Assembly (NCBI GenBank): GCA_963812015.1
Contig: CAWETI010000003.1
Span: 1,664,001 to 1,728,000 of the forward strand
Direction: 5' to 3'
DNA length: 64,000 nucleotides
Origin: an uncultured delta proteobacterium
GTDB taxonomy: Bacteria > Desulfobacterota > Desulfobaccia > Desulfobaccales > 0-14-0-80-60-11
The position numbers and the translations under genes were made by a program. Positions 28,041-38,805 of the stretch are shown here, one piece after another; position 1 is the first letter of the stretch; each line of letters opens with the position of its first letter. The notes under the pieces are model-generated. The model saw only the letters and a list, made by a program, of their open reading frames with translations, was not told the DNA's origin and did not search any database.

Positions 28041-28784
28041 CTAGATTACCCCTGAAGGCGATTGGCTTTGAGGCTGAGGGGTATTTCCGGAAGTTGCGGG
28101 GCGGCCAAAACCGGGCTGCGCGCCGGTCTGACCCGCCGGGATAGTGGTAGTATGGGAATAGCCTGACGAACTGGGGGCAATAGTGGGAGATTGGGGCTGG
28201 GCCGGGTAGCCGGCACGATTATTAGAAGAACCGGCATTAGTTAGCTGACCCCCATTGGGCGGCTGGAATTGCGGGTTGCCGGGGCGACCCCCCTGGGCGA
28301 TTGAAGAACCCGGCTGTTGCCACTGGCCCTGGTGATTATTTTGGCCGTAGGCATTTCTCTGCTGGTTCCACTGGCCCTGGTGATCATTCCGTCTGTAGGC
28401 ATCCCGTCGCTGGTCCCACTCGCGCCGATGATCATTACGTCCATACTCATTCCGGCGCTGGTCCCACTGGCGCTGATGATCATACCGTCCATCGGCATTC
28501 CTCTGCTGGTTCCACTGCCGGTTGCGGCCATTCCAGCCGTAGGCATTGCCCCGGGGTTGCTGCCACTGACGGTTTTGGCCATTCCAACCATAGGCATTGC
28601 CACGAGGCGGCTGCCCCTGATGCGCCTGGCCGAAAACATTGCCACGCGCCTGGGGCGGGGTGAAAGCCTGGCGATTCGGCTGCGGCGCAAAGGGACGATT
28701 AGGTCCGGCCTGGGCGCTCAGCGGGCTCAGGGCCATAAACAGACCCATCGTGAGAATCACGCTCCACCATCTTTGCGGGCTCAT
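28041..28784 (-). CDS. Secreted low-complexity Q/N/G/R-rich repeat protein
   Basis: RBS GAGGAGG; signal peptide ending AQA; 16-17-aa repeats RNAYGxNxHxxQWxQ. Confidence 0.8.
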   Translation of the reverse strand: MSPQRWWSVILTMGLFMALSPLSAQAGPNRPFAPQPNRQAFTPPQARGNVFGQAHQGQPPRGNAYGWNGQNRQWQQPRGNAYGWNGRNRQWNQQRNADGRYDHQRQWDQRRNEYGRNDHRREWDQRRDAYRRNDHQGQWNQQRNAYGQNNHQGQWQQPGSSIAQGGRPGNPQFQPPNGGQLTNAGSSNNRAGYPAQPQSPTIAPSSSGYSHTTTIPAGQTGAQPGFGRPATSGNTPQPQSQSPSGVI

Positions 28785-29027
28785 ATAATTTTCCTCCTCA
28801 AAATAATCCTGCACTCCGGATTTATTAATTTAGATGGCCGCCCGCCTGAAAAGGTTAATGAATTTTCCCCAATCTTTAAAAATTCTTGGTTGGCATTACG
28901 ACCATAAATCTGGTGATCATCGCTGGAGCTTGCAGGATCTGATGATTAACCATCCGGTTAAGAGAGGGGTGCGGATCGACCTTGGCGCCGGGGGCAGGGT
29001 GTCTACACCCCAAAGCCCAATTCAGCC

Positions 29028-29162
29028 TAAAACCTATTTCAAAACCTCTTTTTGTGCCGGTTTGTCATTCTGAGCGACGCGAAGAATCTTGTCTTTCCCA
29101 TAACCTAGACCTTGCGTGGGCGCTCAGGGTGATAAAATAAACCGTTTTTGAAATGCTTTTTG
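29028..29162. repeat. MITE-like element with GTCATTCTGAGCG core
   Basis: TIRs aaacctatttcaaaa / ttttgaaatgcttt; homologous along its length to 42994-43127. Confidence 0.75.
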
Positions 29163-29199
29163 TAAGCGCAATTTAATGGCACAAAAATAAATTATAGGG

Positions 29200-29230
29200 T
29201 TGACATCCCGGTCTAAATTAGACCATCAAT
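29200..29230 (+). promoter_or_regulatory. Sigma70 -35 box with adjacent palindromic operator
   Basis: TTGACA at 29200-29205; GGTCTAA-A-TTAGACC at 29210-29224. Confidence 0.6.
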
Positions 29231-29261
29231 GATGAAATATTTTTTAAGGAGGAGGGAGCAC

Positions 29262-30434
29262 ATGCGCAACGGACTCATAAGGGTTCTCGCGGCGGCGGCT
29301 CTGATGCTGCTCGCAGCAGGCGGCGTCCAGGCGGCGGACCAGAAGCAACCCATTAAAATAGGGGCCTTCTTTGCCCTGTCGGGGCCGGCCGCCCCCATCG
29401 GCACCCCCACCAAGTTGGTGGCGGAAATGGCCGTGGACCAAATCAACAAGGCGGGGGGCATCAATGGCCGGCCGCTGGAGTTGATCATCGGTGATACCGA
29501 GAGCGACCCGGCCAAGGCGGCCAACATCGCCAAGAAATTCATCCACTCCGATAAGGTGGCTGCCATCATCGGGCCCACCTCCACGGGGGAAGGGATGCAA
29601 GTCAAGAAGATCGTGGAAGAAGCGGGCATCCCCATTTTCATGACCGTGGGAGGCGATCCGCCTATTATGAAGGAGACCGGGCCCTTCACCTTTATCTTCA
29701 AGTCGCCCCAGCGCTCCTCCACCGCGGTAACCAAACTTCTCGAATACTTAAAAGAGAAAAAACTGACCAAGGTGGCCCTGCTCACCGCCTCCGACCCCTT
29801 TGGCAAGGACGGCGCCGTCTGGCTGGAAAAACTGGCCCCGGACTTCGGCCTCACCTTTGTGGCCAAGGAGTCCTTCGGCCCGAAAGACACCGACATGACC
29901 CCCCAGCTTACCAAGATTAAAAACGCCAACCCTCAAGCCGTTATCTGTTGGACCATCGGGCCGGCGGGGTCCATCGTGGCCAAGAACAAGGCCCAGTTGG
30001 GCATTACCATCCCCCTGTTCCAATGTCACGGCCAGCCGGGACCGGAATATATCCAACTGGCCGGCAAGGCTTCCGAAGGGGACCGCATGCCCTCCACCAA
30101 ACTGATGGTGGCGGCCCAGTTGCCGGATAACGACCCCCAAAAGAAGGTCATCCAGAACTTCATCCAGCTCTACAAGGACGTCTACCACTACGATCAGCAG
30201 TTTCCCATTAACACCCACTCGGGCTACGCCTGGGACGCCATCAGCATCGTGGCCCAGGCCATGCAGAAGGCGGGCACCGACCCCAAGGCCCTGCGCACCG
30301 CCATCGAGAACACCCGGGGTTACGTGGGGGTGTCCGGGATCTATAACCTGAGCCCCGAAGACCACAACGGCCTGAGGCCCGATTCCATGGTCATCATCCA
30401 GGTCAAGGACGGCAAGTTCGAGACCGCGCCATAG
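29262..30434 (+). CDS. ABC transporter substrate-binding protein (LivJ/K-like)
   Basis: Signal peptide; PIKIGAFFALSGPAA, INKAGGINGRPLEL. Confidence 0.92.
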   Translation: MRNGLIRVLAAAALMLLAAGGVQAADQKQPIKIGAFFALSGPAAPIGTPTKLVAEMAVDQINKAGGINGRPLELIIGDTESDPAKAANIAKKFIHSDKVAAIIGPTSTGEGMQVKKIVEEAGIPIFMTVGGDPPIMKETGPFTFIFKSPQRSSTAVTKLLEYLKEKKLTKVALLTASDPFGKDGAVWLEKLAPDFGLTFVAKESFGPKDTDMTPQLTKIKNANPQAVICWTIGPAGSIVAKNKAQLGITIPLFQCHGQPGPEYIQLAGKASEGDRMPSTKLMVAAQLPDNDPQKKVIQNFIQLYKDVYHYDQQFPINTHSGYAWDAISIVAQAMQKAGTDPKALRTAIENTRGYVGVSGIYNLSPEDHNGLRPDSMVIIQVKDGKFETAP

Positions 30435-30606
30435 GGCGGCCTTTCCTGCTGCAAACTTATCCCCTTAGGGGCCTGGGCAACCGGGCCCCGCCCTCATTTC
30501 CGCGGGGATCCCCCTTGCCCCGCACCTCACCAGTAAATTTGCCATACGAATCCGCTGCCGCACTTCCGCGCCCGGATGTACCGCAGCCAGGTTTGGACGC
30601 GGTGAA

Positions 30607-33207
30607 TCAGATCCAAGCCTTACGCAGCAGCCACACCTTCACCCCTTGGGTCAGAAAGACATAGCATATCAAGGTCAAAGCCACCAAGGGCCAATAGAGG
30701 GAGGGCAGAGCTTTGAAGCCCAACGCTGTGGCGATGGGCGAGATGGGCAACCACATGCCGATCATCATAATGATCGTGGTGGTGACGATCACCGGCCAAC
30801 TTGCCCGGCTCTGCAGGAAGGGGAACTTATTGGTCCGGATAACATGAATAATCAGGGTTTGGGTCAGGATCGATTCGACGAACCAACCGGTCTGAAACAA
30901 GGCTGCGTCGTTCCAGCAGTTGAAGAGGTAGAGCATCATAAAATAGGTTGTGTAATCAAAGATAGAACTGCACGGGCCAATAAAAATGATGAACCGGGAG
31001 ATTTCCCGCATGGACCAGGGGCGGGGCTTGGCGACTTGCTCCGGGTCCACGTCATCTGCAGGAATGGGAACTTGGGAAAAGTCATAGAGCAAGTTGTTGG
31101 TCAGTATCTGGATGGGAGCCATAGGGACGAACGGCAGAAAGGCGCTGGCCCCTATGACGCTGAACATATTCCCGAAAGCGGAACTGGCCCCCATGCGGAT
31201 ATACTTGAGGATATTGGCAAAAATCTTGCGCCCTGATATCACCCCTTCGCCCAGCACCAGAAGACTCTTCTCCAACAAAATAACGTCGGCAGTTTCCTTG
31301 GCGATATCTACCCCCGAGTCCACCGAGATCCCCACATCAGCCGCCCGAAGCGCGGGCGCATCATTAATGCCGTCACCCAAAAACCCGACCACGTGGCCTC
31401 CACTCTGCAGGGCTTTGATAATTCGCTGTTTATGCCCCGGCGTGAGGTGGGCAAACAGGGTGGTCTGTCCCACCATTTCAGACAATTCTGTGTCGGACAT
31501 ATGCTCGATCTGTGTCCCCAGGAGGACATGCTCGGTGTCGATTTTCACTTCCCGGCAAATCTTCTTGCTCACCAACTCATTGTCGCCGGTGAGGATCTTC
31601 ACATCGACGCCATGGGCGTTCAAGGTCCGGATGGCCGCAGCCGCGGTGTCTTTGGGTGGGTCAAGAAAAGCAACATATCCCTTGAGAACCAGATCAACCT
31701 CATCAGTCACGGAATAGGAGGACTTCGGTTCCAAGTCCTTATACGCCAATGCCAAAACCCGGAAACCGTCATTGCTGAGCTTTTCGTACTCTTCTCGCAT
31801 GTCACCGATGAAGAGATGATCCATGGGGTAAAACTCGCCCTGGTATTCGAACTGGGCGCATCTCGTAAAAACCTCTTCCACCGCACCTTTGCAAATTAAT
31901 CGGGGTTTGCCGTCGGGAGTCTCCACCACCACCGACATCAGTTTGCGGGAAAAATCAAAAGGGATTTCATCAATCTTGCGGTAATTGGGGATCTGAAAGT
32001 GATCTTCCCGTTCGCTATATTGGAGGACGGCCCGGTCCAAAACATTCTTCAGCCCCGTCTGGAAGAAGCTGTTCAGGTAAGCCAATATCAATACATTTTC
32101 ATCGTCTTCCCCCTCAACGTCGCAATGTTGCTGCAAAATAACCCGGTCCATCGTTAAGGTGCCCGTTTTATCGGTGCACAGAACATCCATGGCCCCAAAA
32201 TTCTGGATCGCATTGAGGCGTTTAACGATAACTTTCTGTCTGGACATGGCCAAGGCGCCCTTGGAGAGGCATACGGTCACGATCATGGGCAGCATCTCGG
32301 GAGTCATGCCCACCGCGACCGCCATGGCGAAGAAAAAGGCCTCCTGCCAGTTATGCTTGGTAAAGCCGTTAATAAGAAAAACCAGAGGTACCATGACCGC
32401 CATGAAACGGATCATCAGCCAGGTAAACTGGGTAACCCCCTTGTCGAAGCTGGTCTGCACCTCCTGACCCACTATGGCACTGGCCATGCTCCCCAAATAG
32501 GTCTGCAAACCCGTCTCCGCCACTACGGCCACGCTTGTGCCGCGCTCGACGCTGGTTCCCAGGAAACAGATGTTTTTCAGTTCCAGCAGACCAACTTCCT
32601 CTGTGCTTTCCTGGACTTCATGCTTCTCCACCGGAAACGATTCGCCCGTCAGACTGGCCTGGATCAAGAACAAGTCTTTGCAGGAAATGATGCGAATATC
32701 TGCCGGGATCATGTCACCGGCAGCCAGATGCACCACGTCCCCCGGGACCAATTGCGCCAGGGGGATCTCGTTAGCTTGGCCATCCCGGACAACGGTGGCA
32801 TTCACGCTAATCATGGCCTTAAGCTTGGCCGCGGCGTCGTCAGCCCGGGCTTCTTGGACAAACCGCAATACCACGCCCAGGACTACCATGGCTGCCATTA
32901 CGGTCGCCGCCCGCAAATCGCCAGTAAGGGCCGATATTACTGCCAAAACAGAAAGCAGGATTACCAAAGGATTGACCAACGCCCGGCCCAGCAGCCGCAA
33001 CCGGCTGTGCCGCTTATCCTGGGCCACTACATTCGGTCCATATTCTTTTAACCGACGCGCCGCTTCGCCTGCGCTCAGGCCTTGACTGGAAGTCCGGAGT
33101 TTCTGAAATACCTCATCAGGCCCACAGAGACTTAATTCCAAAATTTCCGGAGAAACCTGAATCTCGGAGGGATGCCGGGGGGCCCCAAATTTTTTGGGAA
33201 TTATCAT
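30607..33207 (-). CDS. mgtA: Magnesium-translocating P-type ATPase
   Basis: TGES, PEMLP, DKTGTLT, TGDN, GDGINDAP, NNLLYDFSQ, FQTGWFVES. Confidence 0.95.
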   Translation of the reverse strand: MIIPKKFGAPRHPSEIQVSPEILELSLCGPDEVFQKLRTSSQGLSAGEAARRLKEYGPNVVAQDKRHSRLRLLGRALVNPLVILLSVLAVISALTGDLRAATVMAAMVVLGVVLRFVQEARADDAAAKLKAMISVNATVVRDGQANEIPLAQLVPGDVVHLAAGDMIPADIRIISCKDLFLIQASLTGESFPVEKHEVQESTEEVGLLELKNICFLGTSVERGTSVAVVAETGLQTYLGSMASAIVGQEVQTSFDKGVTQFTWLMIRFMAVMVPLVFLINGFTKHNWQEAFFFAMAVAVGMTPEMLPMIVTVCLSKGALAMSRQKVIVKRLNAIQNFGAMDVLCTDKTGTLTMDRVILQQHCDVEGEDDENVLILAYLNSFFQTGLKNVLDRAVLQYSEREDHFQIPNYRKIDEIPFDFSRKLMSVVVETPDGKPRLICKGAVEEVFTRCAQFEYQGEFYPMDHLFIGDMREEYEKLSNDGFRVLALAYKDLEPKSSYSVTDEVDLVLKGYVAFLDPPKDTAAAAIRTLNAHGVDVKILTGDNELVSKKICREVKIDTEHVLLGTQIEHMSDTELSEMVGQTTLFAHLTPGHKQRIIKALQSGGHVVGFLGDGINDAPALRAADVGISVDSGVDIAKETADVILLEKSLLVLGEGVISGRKIFANILKYIRMGASSAFGNMFSVIGASAFLPFVPMAPIQILTNNLLYDFSQVPIPADDVDPEQVAKPRPWSMREISRFIIFIGPCSSIFDYTTYFMMLYLFNCWNDAALFQTGWFVESILTQTLIIHVIRTNKFPFLQSRASWPVIVTTTIIMMIGMWLPISPIATALGFKALPSLYWPLVALTLICYVFLTQGVKVWLLRKAWI

Positions 33208-33624
33208 GGTTCAGGTCTCCTCATCCTCGCCGGGATATGTTCTTAACGTTCAGAAGACGTTATCCCGAAAGAGCAATAATGATTTTAGGGCATACCATAA
33301 ATTTTTCCAGAAAAATTTTTAAGCTTTCGTTAACCGCCATCCTTGCTTTTGCCCGGATTGGCGCCCAGGCAAAATATGGGGACTTGCCCTCTAGAGAATA
33401 AATATTATCTTAAGACTGTCTGAGATAATATAATCCCATCGTGAAGGCGCGCCTGGTTGGCAAGGCCTCGCCCGGGAGACCAGAGTTTTTATTTATTAGT
33501 AGATTATTGTAGTTAAACCGATAAATACCAGCTTCCTTCAGGGCGCCGACGGTTGGCAAGACCCTGGGGCGACACGCGGGTTCATCTGCTCACGGTTATT
33601 GATCATTAAAGCGAGGGTGGAACA

Positions 33625-36600
33625 ATGGCCCTATCAGGTAAGAGACTGTTCGCCCATGTGTCCCGGGGCAGGGTGGCCGGCAGACTGGCCGTGGTAGTGA
33701 TTGTGGGGTTGGCGCTGGGTTGGCTGGCGACCGCAGGCCCGTTCGGGTCCCAGGGCCGGGCCCAGGCAAGCGCGGCCACCGGGCCCGATGCCCAGAAACA
33801 CTTTACCATCGTCAAGGTTGAACCGGATGCCGGGCGCGAAGAGGTCAGAATCTGGTTCAGTCAACCTCTGGCCCTGGAGAGCCTCCAAGGCAATCTGCGG
33901 CTGCTGCCCCGGGTCAAGATCGACTGGAACCGCAGCACCCTGAGCCCCACAGGGGTCCTGACCTTGCGGGGGGCTTTCCGGTATGGCGCCGGCTACCTCA
34001 TCAACCTGCCGGCCACCCTGAGGCTGGGAAATAAGACCTATTCCCCCACGGTCACCTCCTTTTTCCTGCCCGACCGGCCGCCCAAGGTGGATTTTGTGGG
34101 GCCTCAGAGCGTCATCGAACGGGACAGCCGGCAGTTGCTTCACGTCCGGGCTCAGAACGTCAACAACCTGAGGTTTGAAGGGATAAGGGTGCCCCCCCTC
34201 TTGCTGCCCCTGGCCCTGGCGGTGGAAAAATCTCCGGCCGACTGGGACCGTCTGTTCAGCGAGCTCACCGAGGCCTCCGTAGGGCTCAAACCCTTGCTCA
34301 ACGCACATAAGGACCTGGCCGGCTTCGTCACCCCACCCCTGAGTGAAAAGCAACTCTTTCCCGCCGCCGGCGAAAAGAACCAGCCCTGGGCCGTCACCCT
34401 GCCCCTGAGCTTTCGCCAGGGCAAGGAGACCGGGGCCCTGGAACTCATCCGGGTGCTGAACAACGAGGCCGGCAGCGACGCGGGCGCCTCGCCCCGGGTC
34501 TTTGAGATCACGGACCTGGGCCTGACCTATAAACGCGGCCATCAGAACCTCCTCATCTGGGTCACCTCCCTCCAGGCCGGCAAAACCATGGCCGAGGCCC
34601 AGGTCATCGGCTTTACCCGGGACATGGAGGTCTTTCCCCTGGGGCGCACCAACCAGGACGGGGTGCTGCTCTTTGAACGCCGGGACCTGGCGGGGATCTC
34701 CCTCAAGGACCCCAAACGCCTGGCGTCGGCAAAACGCACCGTGGACCCGGACGACCTGGTGCTGCTGATGGCCGGGACCCGGGACGACGTGGCCTTCATC
34801 CAGGTGCTGCCCCAGGGTAACCTCAAGCCCCAGGGGATCTGGCAGGTGGGGGCCGGTGAAAGTTTCCGCAACCTCAAAGGCCACGTCTTTACGGAACGGG
34901 GCGTCTACCGCCCCGGCGAAAAGGTTTACTTCAAGGGCGCGGTGCGGGAATATGCCCAGGCGCGGATTTTCCCGCCCGTGGGAGAAGTCTGCTCCTTTGA
35001 GGTCATCAGCCCCAAGGGCGAGCAGGTTTTCACCCTGGAGAGCCAGACTTCGGATTTCGGCACGGCCGCCGGGGAAATCCTGACCCAGAGTTACTGGCCC
35101 CTGGGCACCTATACCCTTAATATGACCTTTGGCCCGCAATCCTCGGATGAAACCCCCAGCCGCGCCAAGGGTCGCCGTGGCCGCGGGGATACGGAGGCCG
35201 GGGCAGGGGAGGGGGCCCCTAAAAACCAGGTGAGCGCCACCTTTCAATTGCAGGAGTTCAAGCCCCCCCGGCACTTTGTGACCATCGGGTTTCAGCAGTT
35301 CTCCCGGCCCCTGCAGGGTTTTGTCAATCGGGGCGAAGAGAAAGCTCCCTTTGTCCGCATCGCCTTCACCGGCTCGTATTATGCCGGGGGCCAGGTCAAG
35401 CACGGCCAGGTGCGCTGGAAGATTTTTCAATCCAAAACCAGCTATCAGGTCCCGGGTTATGACAACTTCACTTTCGGCTATGGCGGCGACGAGCAGGGTG
35501 AGTTGATCGAGAGCGGCGAGACCATTTTGGATGAGAAGGGCAGCGCCGAACTGGAATTTCCCCTGGATCGCCAGGTCATGAACGGCCAACACGGACTCTC
35601 GGTGCTGGCCACCGTGGTCGATTTCGACGGCCGGGCCGCCACCGAGACCAAGGTGTTCCAGGTTACCCCGGACCTCCTGGTGGGCATCAGCCGCCACCCG
35701 GAGCAGGCCCGGGCCGACGAGGACCAGGTGCTGAAAGTCATGGTGTCCAGGCCGGACGGCAAGCCCCTTTCCCGGGGAGCTGTCCGCGCTGAGATTCTGC
35801 AAAAAAGCTGGTCCTACGTGGCCAAGCGCAACACCGCCGGCGATCTCTATTGGGACGAACAGGAACTCTGGCGCAAGGCCCTGACCAGCGATCTGGCCCT
35901 GGAGAAAGGCGCCGCCGCCTTCCGCTTCAGTTTTGCCTGGGGCGGCAATTATCTGATAGCCGTTACCTATCGAGACGAAGCCGGCCGCAGCTTCACTTCG
36001 GCCACTGCTTATGACGTGATCGGCGAAAATTATGCCTACGAAAACAAGGACCGGCCCTATCAGCCCCTGCCCCTGACCGCGGACCAGGCTGCCTATAAGC
36101 CGGGGGAGACGGCCCGGCTCACGGCCCGGCCCCCCAGCCCGGTGTCCCGCTATCTGGTCACTCTGGAGCAGGATGGGGTGCTGAAATACGAGGTGATCAC
36201 CCCGAAATCGGGTGAAGACCGCCTGTCCGTTCCCATCCGGGCCGAATATGCCCCCAATCTCTATGTCTCGGTCCTGGGCCTGACCCCCCGGGGGCAATTC
36301 ACGGTGTACGCCGGCCACTACGATACCGAGGCTCCCAACTTTTACTGGGCCACCCTCAACCTGCCGGTGCGCCAGGAAGTGGAAGGCCTCCAGGTCAAGA
36401 TCAGCCCGGGAGTGACGGAGCTCAAGGCCCAACCCGGGGCCAAAGTGACCCTGGATTTCACCGTCCAGAACCCGAAGGGTGGCGGGGTGGAAGCAGAGAT
36501 GGCCGTGGCGGTGGTGGATGAAGCCGTCCTGGCCCTCACCGGTTTTAAAACTCCCACCCTGGAGTCCCTGATCCGGTTTGACCGGCCCCTGGGGGTTTTT

Positions 36601-38805
36601 ACCGGAGAACTGCGGTCGTTCCTGGTCCACCAGACCCCCTTCTATCTCTCCAAGAACGAGCCCCTGACCGGCGGCGGCGGCCTGAACGAAGGCGTGATGT
36701 CCAAACTCCGGCGTCGCTTCGAGGCGGTGGCTTATTTCAACCCCCGGGTGCTCACCGACGCCCAGGGACGGGCCCAGGTGTCCTTTACCCTCCCCGACAA
36801 CATGACCACGTACCGGATTTATACCGTGGTGCTGGACCGGGGGAGCCGTTTTGCCAGCGCCGAGCGCCCCCTGTTGGCCACCCAGGACTTTTACCTGGAA
36901 CCGGGCTTGCCCGGCTTCTTTACCCGGGGGGACACCTTTAAGTTCCAGGTGGCCGCATTCAGCGCCACCAATGCCCGGGGTCCGGTCCAGTTCAGCGCCG
37001 TCGGGGACGGGGGACTGTTTCTCGCCGCGGTGGAACAGGCAGAACCGCTCAATCCCAAGGACAGCTTAAAGCTCAGCGTCACCGGCCAGGCGGCCGCCAG
37101 CGGCCCGGCCGCGGCCCGTTTCACCGGCGCCTTCCAGGGACGGACCGACGCGGTGGAACTCAAGCTGCGGATCAACTCCGGGCACGTCCGGGACACCAAG
37201 GTGTGGTTCGGTTCTCTGGCGGAAAAGGCGGGGACTGCCGAGATCAAGGTTCCTCTCCCCGGCTACCTGACCGGGGGTGCATCCGAGAAGATTAACCCGG
37301 AAGAGGTCAAGGCGGTCCTGACCGTGGCCGGGTCGCCCTTTTTGCGGATGACCGAGGCCATCCGTTACCTGCTGGATTACCCGTATGGCTGTGTGGAGCA
37401 GACCAGTTCCGGGGTTCTGGCCCTGGCCGCCCTCCGGGGCGACATTGACAAAGGCCTGGTGTCCGGGGTGACCCTGGCCGACACCGACAAATATCTGAAC
37501 CGGGGCATCCAGCGCATCCTGGGCATGCAGACCGATTCCGGCGGCTTTGCCTACTGGCCGGGCCAGCGGGAACCCCACCTCTGGGGCTCGCTCTACGCCG
37601 CCGCGGCCTTGAGCCTGGCCCGGACCCATGGGCTCACGGTGCCGGAAGATCCCCTGAGTCAGGCCGGGGATTACCTGAAGACCCAGATCAAGGAGGAAAA
37701 ACGGTCCCCGGACGTCAAGGCCTTTGCCGGTTTTGTCCTGGCCCTCAGCGGGGCCCTGGACCGGGACACCTTCACTGCCGTCAACGCTCACTTTGCCCGG
37801 ATGAACCGGGAGAGCAAAATCCTGGTGTTGTTGGCGGCCCGAAAAGCCAACTTGCGTCCCTTGGCGGAACTCCAGGCCGCCCTGAAACCGCTCTTGGGCG
37901 GCAAAGCCAAGGCGGATGCGGATGACACCGACGAGTTCCAGGCCCGTTTCCGCACCCCGGCCCTGGCCCTGCTGGCGGGCTGCGCTATCCTGCCCAATGA
38001 TCCCCTCACCAAGGAGGAGGCGCTGCTGCTGCTGGGAGGCCTGGACGGCCAGGGCCTCTGGACCTCCACCAGCGATACCGGTTGGGCCCTGTTGGCCCTG
38101 GGAGAATACTTCAAGGGCGCCAGTTTTGGCGCCGAACCGGTTGAGATCAGCATCAGCCAGCCCGGAGCCCCCGCCGCCCAGCGCCTTAAACTGGACCCCC
38201 GGGGCTTCCGCACGGTGGGTCTGGACTCCGGGGCTTTCCTGAAGAACCCGGTGGTCAAGGTGGAGGGCCAGGCCGGCAAAACCTGGCTCTACAAGCTGGA
38301 ACTGACCGCCCCCCGTCTGGATATCGCCGCGGCCGGGGCGGCCAACGGCTTCAAGGTCCGCCGGGTCATCAATAACACCGATGGCTCAGACGTTATCAAG
38401 GTGGGGGACCTGGTGAAAGTAACCGTCTTCCTGGAGGTCGCCGGCAAGGGGCAGCGCTATGTGGTCCTGGATGACCCCCTCCCCGCGGGACTGATGGCCC
38501 TCAACACGGCCTTCAAGACCGAGGAACCCATCCCGGAGGGGGAAGAACCGGGGAATGGCGACGACTTCGATTACGTCACCCGGGAGGGGACCATCCGCTT
38601 CCGGCCCAATTATTTCGAGATCCGTGACGACCGGGTCCTGGCCTTCCGGGACCAGGTCTTCTCCGGCTCCCACCGGTTCGAGTATTACTGCCGGGCCGTG
38701 TGCGAGGGCAAGTTCATGGTGCCCGCCACCCGGGTGGCGGCCATGTACTCCCCCGGGGTGAACGGCTACTCCCCCCGGGGAGAACTCACCGTCAAGGGAC
38801 GCTGA
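33625..38805 (+). CDS. Bacterial alpha-2-macroglobulin
   Basis: TERGVYRPGE, VDEAVLALTGF, LPDNMTTYR, thioester YPYGCVEQ, AMYSP. Confidence 0.95.
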   Translation: MALSGKRLFAHVSRGRVAGRLAVVVIVGLALGWLATAGPFGSQGRAQASAATGPDAQKHFTIVKVEPDAGREEVRIWFSQPLALESLQGNLRLLPRVKIDWNRSTLSPTGVLTLRGAFRYGAGYLINLPATLRLGNKTYSPTVTSFFLPDRPPKVDFVGPQSVIERDSRQLLHVRAQNVNNLRFEGIRVPPLLLPLALAVEKSPADWDRLFSELTEASVGLKPLLNAHKDLAGFVTPPLSEKQLFPAAGEKNQPWAVTLPLSFRQGKETGALELIRVLNNEAGSDAGASPRVFEITDLGLTYKRGHQNLLIWVTSLQAGKTMAEAQVIGFTRDMEVFPLGRTNQDGVLLFERRDLAGISLKDPKRLASAKRTVDPDDLVLLMAGTRDDVAFIQVLPQGNLKPQGIWQVGAGESFRNLKGHVFTERGVYRPGEKVYFKGAVREYAQARIFPPVGEVCSFEVISPKGEQVFTLESQTSDFGTAAGEILTQSYWPLGTYTLNMTFGPQSSDETPSRAKGRRGRGDTEAGAGEGAPKNQVSATFQLQEFKPPRHFVTIGFQQFSRPLQGFVNRGEEKAPFVRIAFTGSYYAGGQVKHGQVRWKIFQSKTSYQVPGYDNFTFGYGGDEQGELIESGETILDEKGSAELEFPLDRQVMNGQHGLSVLATVVDFDGRAATETKVFQVTPDLLVGISRHPEQARADEDQVLKVMVSRPDGKPLSRGAVRAEILQKSWSYVAKRNTAGDLYWDEQELWRKALTSDLALEKGAAAFRFSFAWGGNYLIAVTYRDEAGRSFTSATAYDVIGENYAYENKDRPYQPLPLTADQAAYKPGETARLTARPPSPVSRYLVTLEQDGVLKYEVITPKSGEDRLSVPIRAEYAPNLYVSVLGLTPRGQFTVYAGHYDTEAPNFYWATLNLPVRQEVEGLQVKISPGVTELKAQPGAKVTLDFTVQNPKGGGVEAEMAVAVVDEAVLALTGFKTPTLESLIRFDRPLGVFTGELRSFLVHQTPFYLSKNEPLTGGGGLNEGVMSKLRRRFEAVAYFNPRVLTDAQGRAQVSFTLPDNMTTYRIYTVVLDRGSRFASAERPLLATQDFYLEPGLPGFFTRGDTFKFQVAAFSATNARGPVQFSAVGDGGLFLAAVEQAEPLNPKDSLKLSVTGQAAASGPAAARFTGAFQGRTDAVELKLRINSGHVRDTKVWFGSLAEKAGTAEIKVPLPGYLTGGASEKINPEEVKAVLTVAGSPFLRMTEAIRYLLDYPYGCVEQTSSGVLALAALRGDIDKGLVSGVTLADTDKYLNRGIQRILGMQTDSGGFAYWPGQREPHLWGSLYAAAALSLARTHGLTVPEDPLSQAGDYLKTQIKEEKRSPDVKAFAGFVLALSGALDRDTFTAVNAHFARMNRESKILVLLAARKANLRPLAELQAALKPLLGGKAKADADDTDEFQARFRTPALALLAGCAILPNDPLTKEEALLLLGGLDGQGLWTSTSDTGWALLALGEYFKGASFGAEPVEISISQPGAPAAQRLKLDPRGFRTVGLDSGAFLKNPVVKVEGQAGKTWLYKLELTAPRLDIAAAGAANGFKVRRVINNTDGSDVIKVGDLVKVTVFLEVAGKGQRYVVLDDPLPAGLMALNTAFKTEEPIPEGEEPGNGDDFDYVTREGTIRFRPNYFEIRDDRVLAFRDQVFSGSHRFEYYCRAVCEGKFMVPATRVAAMYSPGVNGYSPRGELTVKGR

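Noticed and set aside
33208..33420. Mg-sensing riboswitch or leader peptide upstream of mgtA
   Set aside because: Hairpins are present, but I could not match M-box consensus or a Pro-rich leader; needs an Rfam scan.
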